From: Saprospiraceae bacterium
Lineage (GTDB): Bacteria > Bacteroidota > Bacteroidia > Chitinophagales > Saprospiraceae
Direction of reading: 5' to 3'
DNA length: 64,000 nucleotides
Assembly: GCA_019638455.1 (NCBI GenBank)
Contig: JAHBTU010000005.1
Location: 277,054-341,053, forward strand
Part shown: in pieces, positions 56,798 through 64,000 of the stretch
Layout: every line of letters starts with the position of its first letter
Position numbering within the stretch: position 1 is the stretch's first letter
Position numbers and translations under genes: made by a program
Notes under the pieces: generated by a model
Databases searched by the model: none
Told to the model about the DNA's origin: nothing
Seen by the model: only the letters and a program-made list of their open reading frames with translations

Positions 56798-57499
56798 ATG
56801 AACGATGACCTGACTGCCTACTACGACCGACGCGCCACCGAGTACGAGGCTATCTACGCCAAACCCGAGCGGCAGGCCGATTTGCTGGCCGCGACGCAAG
56901 CGCTGCAAGCCATTTTTAAAGAAAAAGAAGTCTTGGAAATCGCCTGTGGAACAGGATATTGGACAGAAAAAATCGCCCAGACCGCTCGCTCCATCAAGGC
57001 AACGGACATCAACGAGAGCGTCTTGGAGATTGCCCGACACAAGCGGTATCCAAACCAAAATGTCGCCTTTGAGGTCGCCGACCTCTATCAACTAAACCCG
57101 CTCAGACCCTCGGAAGCCCTGTTTGGAGGGTTTTTGTGGTCGCACATTCCGTTGCAAGCGTTGCCCAAGTTCATTCAAAAAACAAACGAATTGGTTGCGG
57201 CAGGCGGCACGGTCGTGATGATGGACAACCGCTACGTCGAAGGCAGCAGCACCCCCATTTTCAGCCGCGACGAAATGGGGAACACCTGCCAGCGACGACA
57301 ATTGCAAAATGGCGAGACCTACCTTGTTTTGAAAAATTTCCCCAATCAAACCGATCTTGAAAACGCCCTTCAAGGGAAATGCTCGACACTGCAATACATT
57401 CAATTTCAGTATTTTTGGATAGCGGTCTGGCAAACAAACACCCACACTACTGGACCTTGTTTTTGTGCTGCAAAGACACAAAATGCGGCAAATCAATGA
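56798..57499 (+). CDS. class I SAM-dependent methyltransferase (C-terminal about 18 codons and stop supplied by a MITE)
   Basis: Trimmed to MNDDLTAYYDRRATEYE. VLEIACGTGYWT is motif I. The reading frame runs into Rep2 copy 3 at 57443 and stops inside it. Confidence 0.8.
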   Translation: MNDDLTAYYDRRATEYEAIYAKPERQADLLAATQALQAIFKEKEVLEIACGTGYWTEKIAQTARSIKATDINESVLEIARHKRYPNQNVAFEVADLYQLNPLRPSEALFGGFLWSHIPLQALPKFIQKTNELVAAGGTVVMMDNRYVEGSSTPIFSRDEMGNTCQRRQLQNGETYLVLKNFPNQTDLENALQGKCSTLQYIQFQYFWIAVWQTNTHTTGPCFCAAKTQNAANQ

Positions 57500-57557
57500 G
57501 TATTTTGCTTTGCGTCTTTGTGACTTCGTGGCAAATTTGAAAATGTCCAGCAGTGTG
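57443..57557 (-). mobile_element. Rep2 MITE, copy 3 (inverted)
   Basis: cacactactggacctt ... aaatgtccagcagtgtg. The interior is the reverse complement of copy 1. It lies between the methyltransferase and trpCF, 20 nt before the trpCF ATG. Confidence 0.85.
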
Positions 57558-57577
57558 ACCAACACCCCCATCGTGAC

Positions 57578-59056
57578 ATGAGTATTTTAGAACAAATAGT
57601 CGAGTCCAAAAAGCGCGAAATCGAGCGGTTGCACGCGCAGCACGACATGCGCGAGCTGCAAGAGCGGGTGGCTCAAAATCATCCGAACGCTCCGCCGCGT
57701 TTCTACCAAGCCTTCGCCGAAACCCGCGCACGGGGCGAGCATTTTTTCATCGCCGAATTCAAGCGCAAAAGCCCCTCCGAAGGCTGGCTCGACCACGACG
57801 CGAACTTGCCCCTCCAAGTGCGTGCCTACGCCCAAGCAGGCGCGAGCGCCATTTCTATCCTGACCGATGAGCCGTTTTTTGGCGGCTCCTACGCCGATTT
57901 GACATTAGCCGCCCAAACCCTCCACCTTCTACCTTCTTCCACCCTCCATCCTCCACCTTTATTGTTGCAAAAAGACTTTATCCTCAGCCCCATCCAAATC
58001 TATCTGGCCAAGCTGCACGGAGCGGACATCATCCTGCTCATCGCGGCCATTTTGGAGCCGGAACGATTGGATTTTTTGAAAAAAACAGCCGAATTACTGG
58101 GTATGGGTGTGCTGGTAGAGGTACACGACGAGGCAGAACTGGCAAAAATCCAGCACCTTGATTTTCCGGTCTTGGGGGTGAACAACCGCGATTTAAAAAC
58201 CTTTCGCACGGCACTCAACCGGGTCAATGTGTTGAAAAAACAGGCGGGCGGAAGATTCGTCGTCGCCGAATCCGGCATCCGCGACTACCGCGATTTTCAG
58301 GCCGTTCGCCACGCCGATGGCTTTTTAATTGGGACGGGACTGATGCGAGCAGAAAAATTGCCGACTCGATTTGAAGCTCATTTCCAAGGCCGAGGGAAGT
58401 TTCTTTTCAAAGCCTGTGGCATCCGAACGCCGGAAATGCTGACTGCTCTTAGTGACGGGTTGACCTCGAGTCAACCCGTCACTAAAAACTCCCCCGACTT
58501 CATCGGCCTCAATTTTTCCCCCGTAAGCCGCCGCCGGGTGGACGCCGAAACCTGTGAGGTTTTGAAAACCTCACAGGTTTCCAACGCGGTGGCTGTTTTT
58601 TACAAAAACACCGAAACCGACATCCGCAAGACACACGAAAAATACCCCTTCCATGCCGTCCAGTTGTATGCCCACGAGGTGTCGCCGGAGTTCGTGCGCA
58701 GCCTGAAACAGCGAGTCATGCTCGCCATGTCAGTACGCGAAACGGCTGATATGCAGCAACTTGAACCTTTCGCCGCCGACGTTGATTTTTTTATCCTCGA
58801 CGGTGCCACGCCGGGCAGCGGGCAGCGCGTTGGCGCAGCGATTCCAGCTGATTTTCCTTATCCGTTTTTACTGGCAGGCGGCCTCAACGAGGAAAATCTG
58901 GAAGTCATTTTGGACTATGAAAATTGCATCGGCGCGGACATCGCATCGGGCATTGAAACAGATGGGCAGGTGGATGTGGGGAAAATACACAGAATTGCGG
59001 AGCGGCTGGCAGATTTGAAAGAAATTGTTGAAAAAAAATTTTATTTGGCAAAATAG
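57578..59056 (+). CDS. trpCF: fused indole-3-glycerol-phosphate synthase / phosphoribosylanthranilate isomerase
   Basis: The TrpC half has [17 protein letters not shown] and VEVHDEAE. The TrpF half has [15 protein letters not shown] and [10 protein letters not shown]. Confidence 0.9.
   Translation: MSILEQIVESKKREIERLHAQHDMRELQERVAQNHPNAPPRFYQAFAETRARGEHFFIAEFKRKSPSEGWLDHDANLPLQVRAYAQAGASAISILTDEPFFGGSYADLTLAAQTLHLLPSSTLHPPPLLLQKDFILSPIQIYLAKLHGADIILLIAAILEPERLDFLKKTAELLGMGVLVEVHDEAELAKIQHLDFPVLGVNNRDLKTFRTALNRVNVLKKQAGGRFVVAESGIRDYRDFQAVRHADGFLIGTGLMRAEKLPTRFEAHFQGRGKFLFKACGIRTPEMLTALSDGLTSSQPVTKNSPDFIGLNFSPVSRRRVDAETCEVLKTSQVSNAVAVFYKNTETDIRKTHEKYPFHAVQLYAHEVSPEFVRSLKQRVMLAMSVRETADMQQLEPFAADVDFFILDGATPGSGQRVGAAIPADFPYPFLLAGGLNEENLEVILDYENCIGADIASGIETDGQVDVGKIHRIAERLADLKEIVEKKFYLAK
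58451..58483. repeat. perfect 14-bp-arm palindrome, in frame within trpF
   Basis: agtgacgggttgac - ctcga - gtcaacccgtcact. It is 33 nt, exactly 11 codons ([11 protein letters not shown]), and starts on a codon boundary. Confidence 0.95.
58547..58581. repeat. perfect 17-bp-arm palindrome, in frame within trpF
   Basis: gaaacctgtgaggtttt - g - aaaacctcacaggtttc. It is 35 nt, starts on a codon boundary, and encodes [12 protein letters not shown]. Confidence 0.95.
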
Positions 59057-59192
59057 CACCTACCTTTGCCCCAACATTTACCAAACCCGGTACTTGTCCG
59101 CCCTGGACAACAAGTCTTTTCCACAAAGACTTCACCCCATGAAGGCTCGCCTAAGGCTGGCCACCGCGTACGATTCCGGTCAACTTTATTTC

Positions 59193-61004
59193 ATGTTATT
59201 CAAAGATTTATCGCTCATTGAGCCGCTTCTTCGCGCGCTCGAAACCGAGGGCTACGAACGCCCCACGCCTATTCAGGAACAAGCCATTCCCCCCGTCCTT
59301 CAGCGCCACGACCTACTTGGCTGCGCCCAAACAGGGACGGGCAAAACCGCCGCTTTCGCCCTGCCGATTCTTCAGATTCTGCACGCTGAACGTACTGCCG
59401 CAGGCCAACGCGAAGGCAAACGCCCCATCCGTACCCTCATCCTTACACCCACCCGCGAACTCGCCATTCAAATCGGCGAAAGCTTCACCGCTTATGGCCG
59501 CAACGCTGGGGTGCGCAACCTCGTCATTTTCGGAGGCGTGGGCCAAACGCCCCAAACCGACGCGCTCAAACGCGGCACCGATGTCCTCATCGCCACACCG
59601 GGCCGTCTGCTCGACCTGATGAACCAAGGCTACGTCTCCCTGCGCGACATCGGCATTTTTGTGCTTGACGAGGCCGACCGAATGCTCGATATGGGTTTCA
59701 TCCACGACGTGAAAAAGGTCATCGCCAAACTGCCGACCGAACGCCAGACGCTTTTCTTCTCCGCCACCATGCCGCCCGAAATCGCGCATCTGGCTGATTC
59801 GATTCTGAAAAATCCGGTGAAAGTAGCAGTCACCCCCATTGCCTCCACCGCCGAAAAGGTAGCGCAGAAGATATTTTTTGTGGACAAAAAAGACAAAAAA
59901 TCGCTGCTTATCCACCTGCTAAAAGACAAAACCATCACCTCCGCGCTCGTCTTTTCGCGCACCAAACACGGCGCGAACAAAATCGCGGGTGACCTCACCA
60001 AAGCGGGCATCCGCGCCGAAGCCATTCACGGCAACAAGTCGCAGAACGCCCGTCAAGCCGCGTTGGGCAATTTCAAATCAGGCCGACTACGCGTATTGGT
60101 CGCCACCGACATTGCCGCACGCGGCATTGACATCGAGGAACTTTCGCACGTCATCAATTTTGATTTGCCCAACATCCCAGAGACCTACGTCCACCGCATC
60201 GGTCGCACGGGCCGTGCGGGTGCGAGTGGCATTGCACTCTCTTTTTGCGACGCTGAGGAAGTGGCATACCTGAAAGATATTCAAAAACTGACGGGCCAGC
60301 TCGTACCGGTGGAACGTGACCATCCTTTTGCCGCCGACCTCGCCGCGCCGGGCTTGCCAGAGCCGCGAGGCGGGAAAGATGCTGTTGGCAGGGATGCCAA
60401 CAACGGCAAGAAGAGCGGCAGAAGGCAGCCCGCTCAAGTCACCAAGACACCCGTGCCACAACGTCCCGGTACGATACCCTTGCCCGAACGCAAACCAGAC
60501 ACCCAACGCCAAGAGCGAACCGGACGCCCCGCGCAAGGAGTTGTTGGCAGGGATGCCAACAACGGCAGGGACGGCAGGGATGCCAACAATGGCAGGCAAG
60601 GCAGGGATGCCGATAACAGCAGGGCAGAAGGTGTTGTTGGCAGGGATAACAACAGAAACAGGAACGATAACGGCAGGAGCGCCAACAACGGCAGAAACAA
60701 TGACCGCCGCGACGACAATAGGCGCAATGAACAACGCCGCGAACAATCTCAAGGCTCGCGCCGCGACGACCGCCCTGCTCGCCGCGACGACCGCGACCGC
60801 TCGCAACAGAAACCAGCCGCCAAAGAAGTGGCAAGCGTCATGCGCAATCGTTTTGCTTCCATACTGGAAGTCGCAAGCATCGAAAAACAGGCCCGACCGC
60901 CCAAGCCGAAGCCAAACTATCGGGACCGCGACGACCGCAATCAGGACAACAAAACGGGTGACAACCGCCCACCCTTCAAAGGCGACAAGAAGAAGCGTTG
61001 GTAA
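59193..61004 (+). CDS. DEAD-box ATP-dependent RNA helicase (RhlE-like) with long Arg/Asp/Asn-rich C-terminal tail
   Basis: Trimmed to [16 protein letters not shown]. It has [29 protein letters not shown] and [10 protein letters not shown]. The tail is built of GRDANNG-type repeats. Confidence 0.9.
   Translation: MLFKDLSLIEPLLRALETEGYERPTPIQEQAIPPVLQRHDLLGCAQTGTGKTAAFALPILQILHAERTAAGQREGKRPIRTLILTPTRELAIQIGESFTAYGRNAGVRNLVIFGGVGQTPQTDALKRGTDVLIATPGRLLDLMNQGYVSLRDIGIFVLDEADRMLDMGFIHDVKKVIAKLPTERQTLFFSATMPPEIAHLADSILKNPVKVAVTPIASTAEKVAQKIFFVDKKDKKSLLIHLLKDKTITSALVFSRTKHGANKIAGDLTKAGIRAEAIHGNKSQNARQAALGNFKSGRLRVLVATDIAARGIDIEELSHVINFDLPNIPETYVHRIGRTGRAGASGIALSFCDAEEVAYLKDIQKLTGQLVPVERDHPFAADLAAPGLPEPRGGKDAVGRDANNGKKSGRRQPAQVTKTPVPQRPGTIPLPERKPDTQRQERTGRPAQGVVGRDANNGRDGRDANNGRQGRDADNSRAEGVVGRDNNRNRNDNGRSANNGRNNDRRDDNRRNEQRREQSQGSRRDDRPARRDDRDRSQQKPAAKEVASVMRNRFASILEVASIEKQARPPKPKPNYRDRDDRNQDNKTGDNRPPFKGDKKKRW
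60379..60660 (+). repeat. palindrome-containing short repeats inside the helicase tail
   Basis: tgttggca-ggga-tgccaaca (60382-60401), gttgttggca-ggga-tgccaacaac (60540-60563, 10-bp perfect stem), and gttgtt...aacaac near 60633-60653. The ggcagggatgccaacaa units are repeated. Confidence 0.85.
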
Positions 61005-61025
61005 GGGCGGCAACTTGCACAAAAA

Positions 61026-61059
61026 AAGAGAGCGACGGGCAACCGCCGCTCTTTTTTTG
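61026..61059 (+). terminator. Rho-independent terminator of the helicase gene
   Basis: A-run, then agagcgacgg - gcaa - ccgccgctct, then ttttttt. Confidence 0.75.
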
Positions 61060-61118
61060 TGGAGAAAAAGCATTTTTCTCAGTTACAACCGAGCGTTCTA
61101 CTTCGAGTGTTTTATGGC

Positions 61119-61331
61119 CATTCCTATTTCTGGCGCACCGTCAGGCAAGAAGAGGTTGACTATCTTGAAGAATAGGACGGTCGCTTGCATGCTTACGAGT
61201 TCAAGTGGAACCCTGCCAAAGGCGCTTCTCTCCCCTCGGTGTTTTCAGAAGCATATCCCGATACGCAGTTCAAAGTGATACACCCAGAAAACCACCTCGA
61301 GTTTTTGGCACCGGATGCAAAAATCATCTAA
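61119..61331 (+). pseudogene. 3' remnant of a DUF4143-type AAA+ ATPase gene, with an internal stop
   Basis: It translates to HSYFWRTVRQEEVDYLEE*DGRLHAYEFKWNPAKGASLPSVFSEAYPDTQFKVIHPENHLEF. This aligns with the C-terminus of the intact gene at 4412-5548 (RYFWRTHEQVEIDYVEECEGQLNAFEFKWQDKASRVPTAFANAYPNSTFEVVHQDNFESF). Confidence 0.75.
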
Positions 61332-61431
61332 GGCCACACCAACGTCATCTACTCGATTGACCCGCGTCATTTCCCAACCTACCGCGCAGCCCGACTTTTG
61401 TGACATCATTAAACAAAAATCACCGCACGAT

Positions 61432-61617
61432 ATGAAATTCGAATTCAACCTCTCCATGACCGAAATCATCGTCTCCTACCTGTTGATGATGCTCATCATT
61501 TTCATCGGCCTTTTTTCTGGCATGACATGGCTTTGCTTCTTGGCACTTCCCATGTTTTTGCGTGGCTTGATGGGGTGGTGCCCGCTAAAAACATGGCTGA
61601 GGCAGACAGCACATTGA
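61432..61617 (+). CDS. DUF2892 (YgaP-like) small membrane protein
   Basis: 61 aa with two TM helices. The C-terminal GWCPL motif is typical of DUF2892. Confidence 0.65.
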   Translation: MKFEFNLSMTEIIVSYLLMMLIIFIGLFSGMTWLCFLALPMFLRGLMGWCPLKTWLRQTAH

Positions 61618-61737
61618 GCAATACTTGTTTTTGAATTGAAAGCGGAAAAGTGCAGCGGCTGCCCCTCGCAAGGGGGGCGGCAGTTTTTCCTCCACAACAA
61701 AACAAGTTGGGGCCGTTTACCGCACCGATGACGGATT

Positions 61738-62172
61738 TTGTCAAAAGTCGCAACCAAGCCTTCCAAACCAATCCCTATCTTTGCCACGTCCGTGAAGCAG
61801 TTTTTCTCATTCTTACTGGTATGCAGCATATTTGGCCAAGCCTCTGTCCGCACGGCTTGGACACTGCATTATCAGTGGAATCGGGCTGTGTACCTGAAAA
61901 ACTGCGAAAATCGCGACAAACCCGAAATGCAATGCGACGGCAAGTGCTATTTGAAAAAGCAAATGGCCGTCAGCGAGCAAAGCGGCCCCAAAGAGCCGCA
62001 GCTCCCCGAAGGCTTCCAACAAATTCGGGATATTCAACTTTTCTTCGAGTCTGCGGCGCTTTTCCCCCGATTCTGTGTTTCGAATTTATTGGCCGAATCG
62101 CGTCCCGCCTATTTGGATCGGCGCTTGCCAGACGCGCCACACGCGGTCATTTTCAAGCCGCCCGCCGCCTGA
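61738..62172 (+). CDS. hypothetical membrane-anchored Cys-containing protein
   Basis: 144 aa with an N-terminal hydrophobic helix and the pattern CENRDKPEMQCDGKC. I recognise no family, and the start is uncertain. Confidence 0.45.
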   Translation: MSKVATKPSKPIPIFATSVKQFFSFLLVCSIFGQASVRTAWTLHYQWNRAVYLKNCENRDKPEMQCDGKCYLKKQMAVSEQSGPKEPQLPEGFQQIRDIQLFFESAALFPRFCVSNLLAESRPAYLDRRLPDAPHAVIFKPPAA

Positions 62173-62220
62173 GAAATCCACAGATTGACATCAGGTTTTT
62201 CACCAAACATTTCTTTTTTT

Positions 62221-63135
62221 ATGCGAACACTGTTCATCGCGGTGGCGCTGCTGGTCATGTTGCCAGTTGCGTCGGCTTGTGATGTTTGCGGTTGTTCCAT
62301 CGGTGGCAATTATTTCGGCATCCTGCCGCAATTCCATCGGCACTTTGTGGGGCTGCGTTGGTCGGAACAGTCGTTCCAATCGGCGCACAGCCGTAATGCC
62401 GCAGAGGCTGGGCATTTCGACTCCGACGAGTCGTTTCGCACGGTGGATTTGCTGGGGCGTTTCTATCCGTTTCGTCGGGTACAGATGCTCGTGTTGATGC
62501 CGTATCATGATTTTCGCCGCTTGGAAGGGGGCCAAACCACGCATACGCAGGGTCTTGGCGACGCATCCATCATGGCGGGTTACATCTTGCTCGACACGGG
62601 CGATAGCCTCGGCAGAAAATGGCAGCACACGTTGACACTGAATGGCGGAGTGAAGCTCCCTACTGGCGACCATAACCGCACCAGCCCGGAAGGCAAACTG
62701 CTGCATCCAAACCTTCAGTCTGGTTCCGGCACCACCGACTTCATGCTGGCTGCCACCTACACCTTGCGACGCGGCGCGTGGGGGTTCACCGCTGATGCAT
62801 TGGGCCGACTGAACACCACCAACCGCCAACATGACTATCGCTTCGGCAACCGCATCAGCGGCTCCGCCAAAGCTTTTTACTGGAAAAACATGGGGCGTTT
62901 CACATTCCTGCCCAACGCGGGTGTCTTTGCCGACGCGGCGCAAACCAACACGGGCGACCGCGATTTCATGGAAGGCACGGGCGGTGCCATTGCACTTGCG
63001 ACTGCCGGGCTGGACGTGTACATGGGCCGTTTTTCCGCGGGGTTCACTTTCCAACAGCCTTTTTGGCAGCACCTCGGCGATGGCAAGGTGCATAGCCGCA
63101 ACCGTTGGATGGCGACCCTCAACTACATTTTTTGA
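62221..63135 (+). CDS. outer-membrane beta-barrel 'transporter' family protein (MetA-pathway/PF13557-like) with N-terminal CxxCxC
   Basis: Trimmed to MRTLFIAVALLVMLPVASA. The mature N-terminus is CDVCGCSIGGNYFG. It has an alternating barrel-like pattern and a terminal Phe. Confidence 0.55.
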   Translation: MRTLFIAVALLVMLPVASACDVCGCSIGGNYFGILPQFHRHFVGLRWSEQSFQSAHSRNAAEAGHFDSDESFRTVDLLGRFYPFRRVQMLVLMPYHDFRRLEGGQTTHTQGLGDASIMAGYILLDTGDSLGRKWQHTLTLNGGVKLPTGDHNRTSPEGKLLHPNLQSGSGTTDFMLAATYTLRRGAWGFTADALGRLNTTNRQHDYRFGNRISGSAKAFYWKNMGRFTFLPNAGVFADAAQTNTGDRDFMEGTGGAIALATAGLDVYMGRFSAGFTFQQPFWQHLGDGKVHSRNRWMATLNYIF

Positions 63136-63173
63136 ACACTCTAACCTTCGTTTTTTTAGACACATTTTTCAAC

Positions 63174-63995
63174 ATGAAAAAGCAACATTTTCTGCTAACA
63201 TTCGCGCTGTTGTTCGGCGCTTTCATCTTCGATGCCTGCAAAAAAGACCATGACCACGACGACGACCTCACAGGGGTGGGCGATGTGGAAATAGAGTTCG
63301 ACCACAGAGCAGGCACCGACGCGCTGGTGTTTGGTTCTGAATATACCAACGCGGCGGGCGAAAAGTTGAAGTTCACCACGTTCAACTATTTCGTCAGCAA
63401 CATTGTGCTCATCAAAGGGGACGGTACTGAATTCGTGGTGCCGCGCAACGATTCCTACTTCCTCGTCAAGCACGATGAGCCGAGCACTCGCGCAATCAAA
63501 CTGAGCAATGTGCCAGCGGGCGATTATTCGAAGTTGCGGTTCACGATAGGCGTGGACAGTCTCAAAAGCGTGAGCGACATCAGCGAGCGGCAAGGCGTGC
63601 TCGACCCTGCGGGGGCAGCCAACGGTATGTACTGGAGCTGGAACTCCGGCTATATTTTCGTGAAAGTGGAAGGCACTTCGCCAGCCGCACCCATCGAGCC
63701 GGGTTCGGGCGAGCGCATTTTCCAGTACCACACGGGACTCTACGGCGGCTTCACCACGCCTACGCTCAACAACCTGAAAACGGTGACGCTCGACATCCCA
63801 CATGGCGACGTGGCAAAGGTGCGCAAGGGACATCACTCGCCGCACTTCCACCTCTTTGTGGACATTTTGGAGATGTTCAAAAACCCGACGAACATCAGCG
63901 TGGCGAGCAATCCGACCTCGCACGGTGGGCCATTCTCCAAAACGGTCGCTGACAACTACGCGGATATGTTCTCGATTGACCACGTTCACAACTAA
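63174..63995 (+). CDS. MbnP-family (copper-associated) periplasmic/lipoprotein
   Basis: Trimmed to MKKQHFLLTFALLFGAFIFDAC, which carries a lipobox. FNYFVSNIVLIKGDGTEF ... LRFTIGVD ... GMYWSWNSGYIFVKVEG matches my recollection of MbnP. Confidence 0.65.
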   Translation: MKKQHFLLTFALLFGAFIFDACKKDHDHDDDLTGVGDVEIEFDHRAGTDALVFGSEYTNAAGEKLKFTTFNYFVSNIVLIKGDGTEFVVPRNDSYFLVKHDEPSTRAIKLSNVPAGDYSKLRFTIGVDSLKSVSDISERQGVLDPAGAANGMYWSWNSGYIFVKVEGTSPAAPIEPGSGERIFQYHTGLYGGFTTPTLNNLKTVTLDIPHGDVAKVRKGHHSPHFHLFVDILEMFKNPTNISVASNPTSHGGPFSKTVADNYADMFSIDHVHN

Positions 63996-64000
63996 TTTGT

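Noticed and set aside
60595-60608. An identical 14-mer, ggcaaggcagggat, shared by the helicase tail and the Rep1 5' hairpin, as evidence that they are related elements.
   Set aside because: By my rough estimate, on the order of ten chance 14-mer matches are expected among all position pairs in a 64-kb window (both strands), and more in GC-biased DNA. A single shared 14-mer is not significant without a longer alignment.

Overview
The window is a chromosomal segment from a Bacteroidota-type genome. The evidence for that assignment is T9SS type A and type B C-terminal sorting domains, a GH97, TonB-dependent receptors, LptC and a GT4 WecA-like enzyme. GC is roughly in the mid to high 50s by eye. 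I support about 50 protein genes, almost all housekeeping: rimO, vsr, purS, rsmI, pdxJ, upp, hutH, icd, mfd, tsaB, pssA, lptC, and fused trpGD and trpCF. There is also one cobalamin riboswitch in front of a TonB-receptor/DUF4465 operon. I found no rRNA, tRNA, CRISPR array, transposase or integrase.

The observations most worth a second look are these:
1. A sharply low-GC islet of about 2.3 kb (about 50890-53160) carries a D12-class adenine methyltransferase and an unrecognised PD-(D/E)XK-like partner. It sits 14 nt upstream of an mfd gene that lacks its whole UvrB-homology N-terminal third. The 3' end and terminator of that mfd are also tandemly duplicated (2 x 203 bp).
2. At least two families of small non-coding interspersed repeats are present. 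One is a 180-bp element without terminal inverted repeats (TIRs), in four copies, bounded by TATA. The other is a TIR-bearing MITE of about 105-123 bp in three copies; one copy has a 9-bp target-site duplication (TSD) and another supplies the stop codon of a gene. There are also several singleton elements bounded by inverted repeats.
3. Perfect long palindromes lie in frame inside trpF (14-bp and 17-bp arms), and palindromic repeats build the C-terminal tail of a DEAD-box helicase.
4. A secreted protein extremely rich in Trp, Asn and Tyr lies between two outer-membrane barrel genes.

All functional calls come from motifs I recognise by eye. No database search was possible, and start codons are often uncertain.
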